Source: Oopsacas minuta
Taxonomy: Eukaryota; Animalia; Porifera
Length of the DNA stretch: 64,000 bases
Assembly (NCBI GenBank): GCA_024704765.1
Contig: JAKMXF010000329.1
Coordinates: forward strand, 186,001 to 250,000
Reading direction: 5' to 3'
A program made the position numbers and the translations under genes. This document shows positions 63,234 to 64,000 of this stretch, in pieces; within the stretch, counting starts at the first letter, position 1, and each line of letters starts with the position of its first letter. Below the pieces are notes generated by a model. It had not been told where the DNA came from. It saw only the letters and a list, made by a program, of their open reading frames with translations, and did no database searches.

Positions 63234-64000
63234 CATAACCTTCTATATTTATATTACTTTACGTATATTTATCTCCAACTATATCAGAAATATCTTAGCA
63301 CCTTTCTCCCGAGATTTATCGACTATTTTCATGTATTTACTTGTTTCCTAGATCATTCTAAATTCTCATAAATTCTCTATGCCATCAAAATGCTCTGTGG
63401 TAGGCCGTCGTACATGCTATATTGATGGACCTAGTAAGGCTATGTTTACATTTCCTAAGCAGTATGAACTTCGACAGAAATGGGTCAAGATTTAAATAGG
63501 AAAGTTTTTCAGTTACTCAGTTTTCAAGAATATGCATAGAACATTTTGAAGAAATGTATATTATCCGGAATCCAATAAAGACAAGACTCAATATGAAACT
63601 TAACCCGATCCCAACAATACATCCTTCTCCTATTCCCAAAGCCAACAGGCTGTTATTTCTGCCAGTATTCGAAAAACCTATTTACGACTTGTTTCAAAAG
63701 ATGAACTTCCCATTTTCAAACTAGAACAAATTGTGAAAGTTTAAATGATATTTTAAATCGCATAAAATCCGCAATGGAATATAGAGACCTTTCATTCCTC
63801 TACTGAAACATCTGACTATTTATCGGGTTGACATACAATCTGGTATAGCTACAGTTAAGGAGTGGATTAATATTACATCTGATTTACATGTAAAGCTATG
63901 CTTTGAAGGATTTCCTATTCCTCTTCCAGATTTTATATCTAAAATCAGAAAGTTTTAGAATCCGCAACTTGGATATGTTAACAAATCTGCCAAATTATTG
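63234..64000 (+). mobile_element. 5' end of a P-superfamily (THAP9-like) element, degraded; continues beyond the window
   Basis: ATG 63379: MPSKCSVVG..FTFPK..LRQKW..RICIEHFEE..RL..PIPTI (THAP); downstream SDLHVKLCFEGFPIPLP. Candidate TIR CATAACCTTCTATAT at 63234 resembles CATAGCCTACTACAT. Confidence 0.75.

Noticed and set aside
1-64000. tRNA, rRNA or prokaryotic/viral insert
   Set aside because: No cloverleaf or rRNA signature and no operon-like or viral hallmark ORFs were recognised by eye; tRNAscan-SE or Infernal would be needed to exclude small RNAs.

Overview
AT-rich eukaryotic (metazoan) genomic DNA. It holds three conserved + strand housekeeping genes with very long uninterrupted coding exons: SPT6 (exon 3616-3783, a ~12 kb intron, exon 15783-19848, with further 5' exons probably left of the window), dynactin p62/DCTN4 (31343-32677) and APC/C subunit APC1 (49338-54593). 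Almost everything else is decayed mobile DNA: hAT (ZNF862-like, Charlie-like, hATm-like), Tigger/pogo, three mariners, two DD37E and one DD37D Tc1-like elements, MULE, P-type THAP elements, a Transib/RAG1-related element, a zinc-finger/tyrosine-recombinase (Crypton-like) gene, LINE fragments and many MITEs. Highlights: (i) an 826-bp palindrome that duplicates the first coding exon of the recombinase gene head-to-head (a hairpin of the Mu-killer type); (ii) a Transib element with a CACAGTG terminus and 5-bp TSD; (iii) a three-level nest of five transposons at 20.2-26.9 kb, with a paralogous empty site elsewhere in the window. The intron-poor genes and TE spectrum would fit a glass-sponge-like genome, but that is an unverified inference. 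No rRNA, tRNA or CRISPR array was recognised. All alignments and motif calls were made by eye, and coordinates of degraded remnants are approximate.
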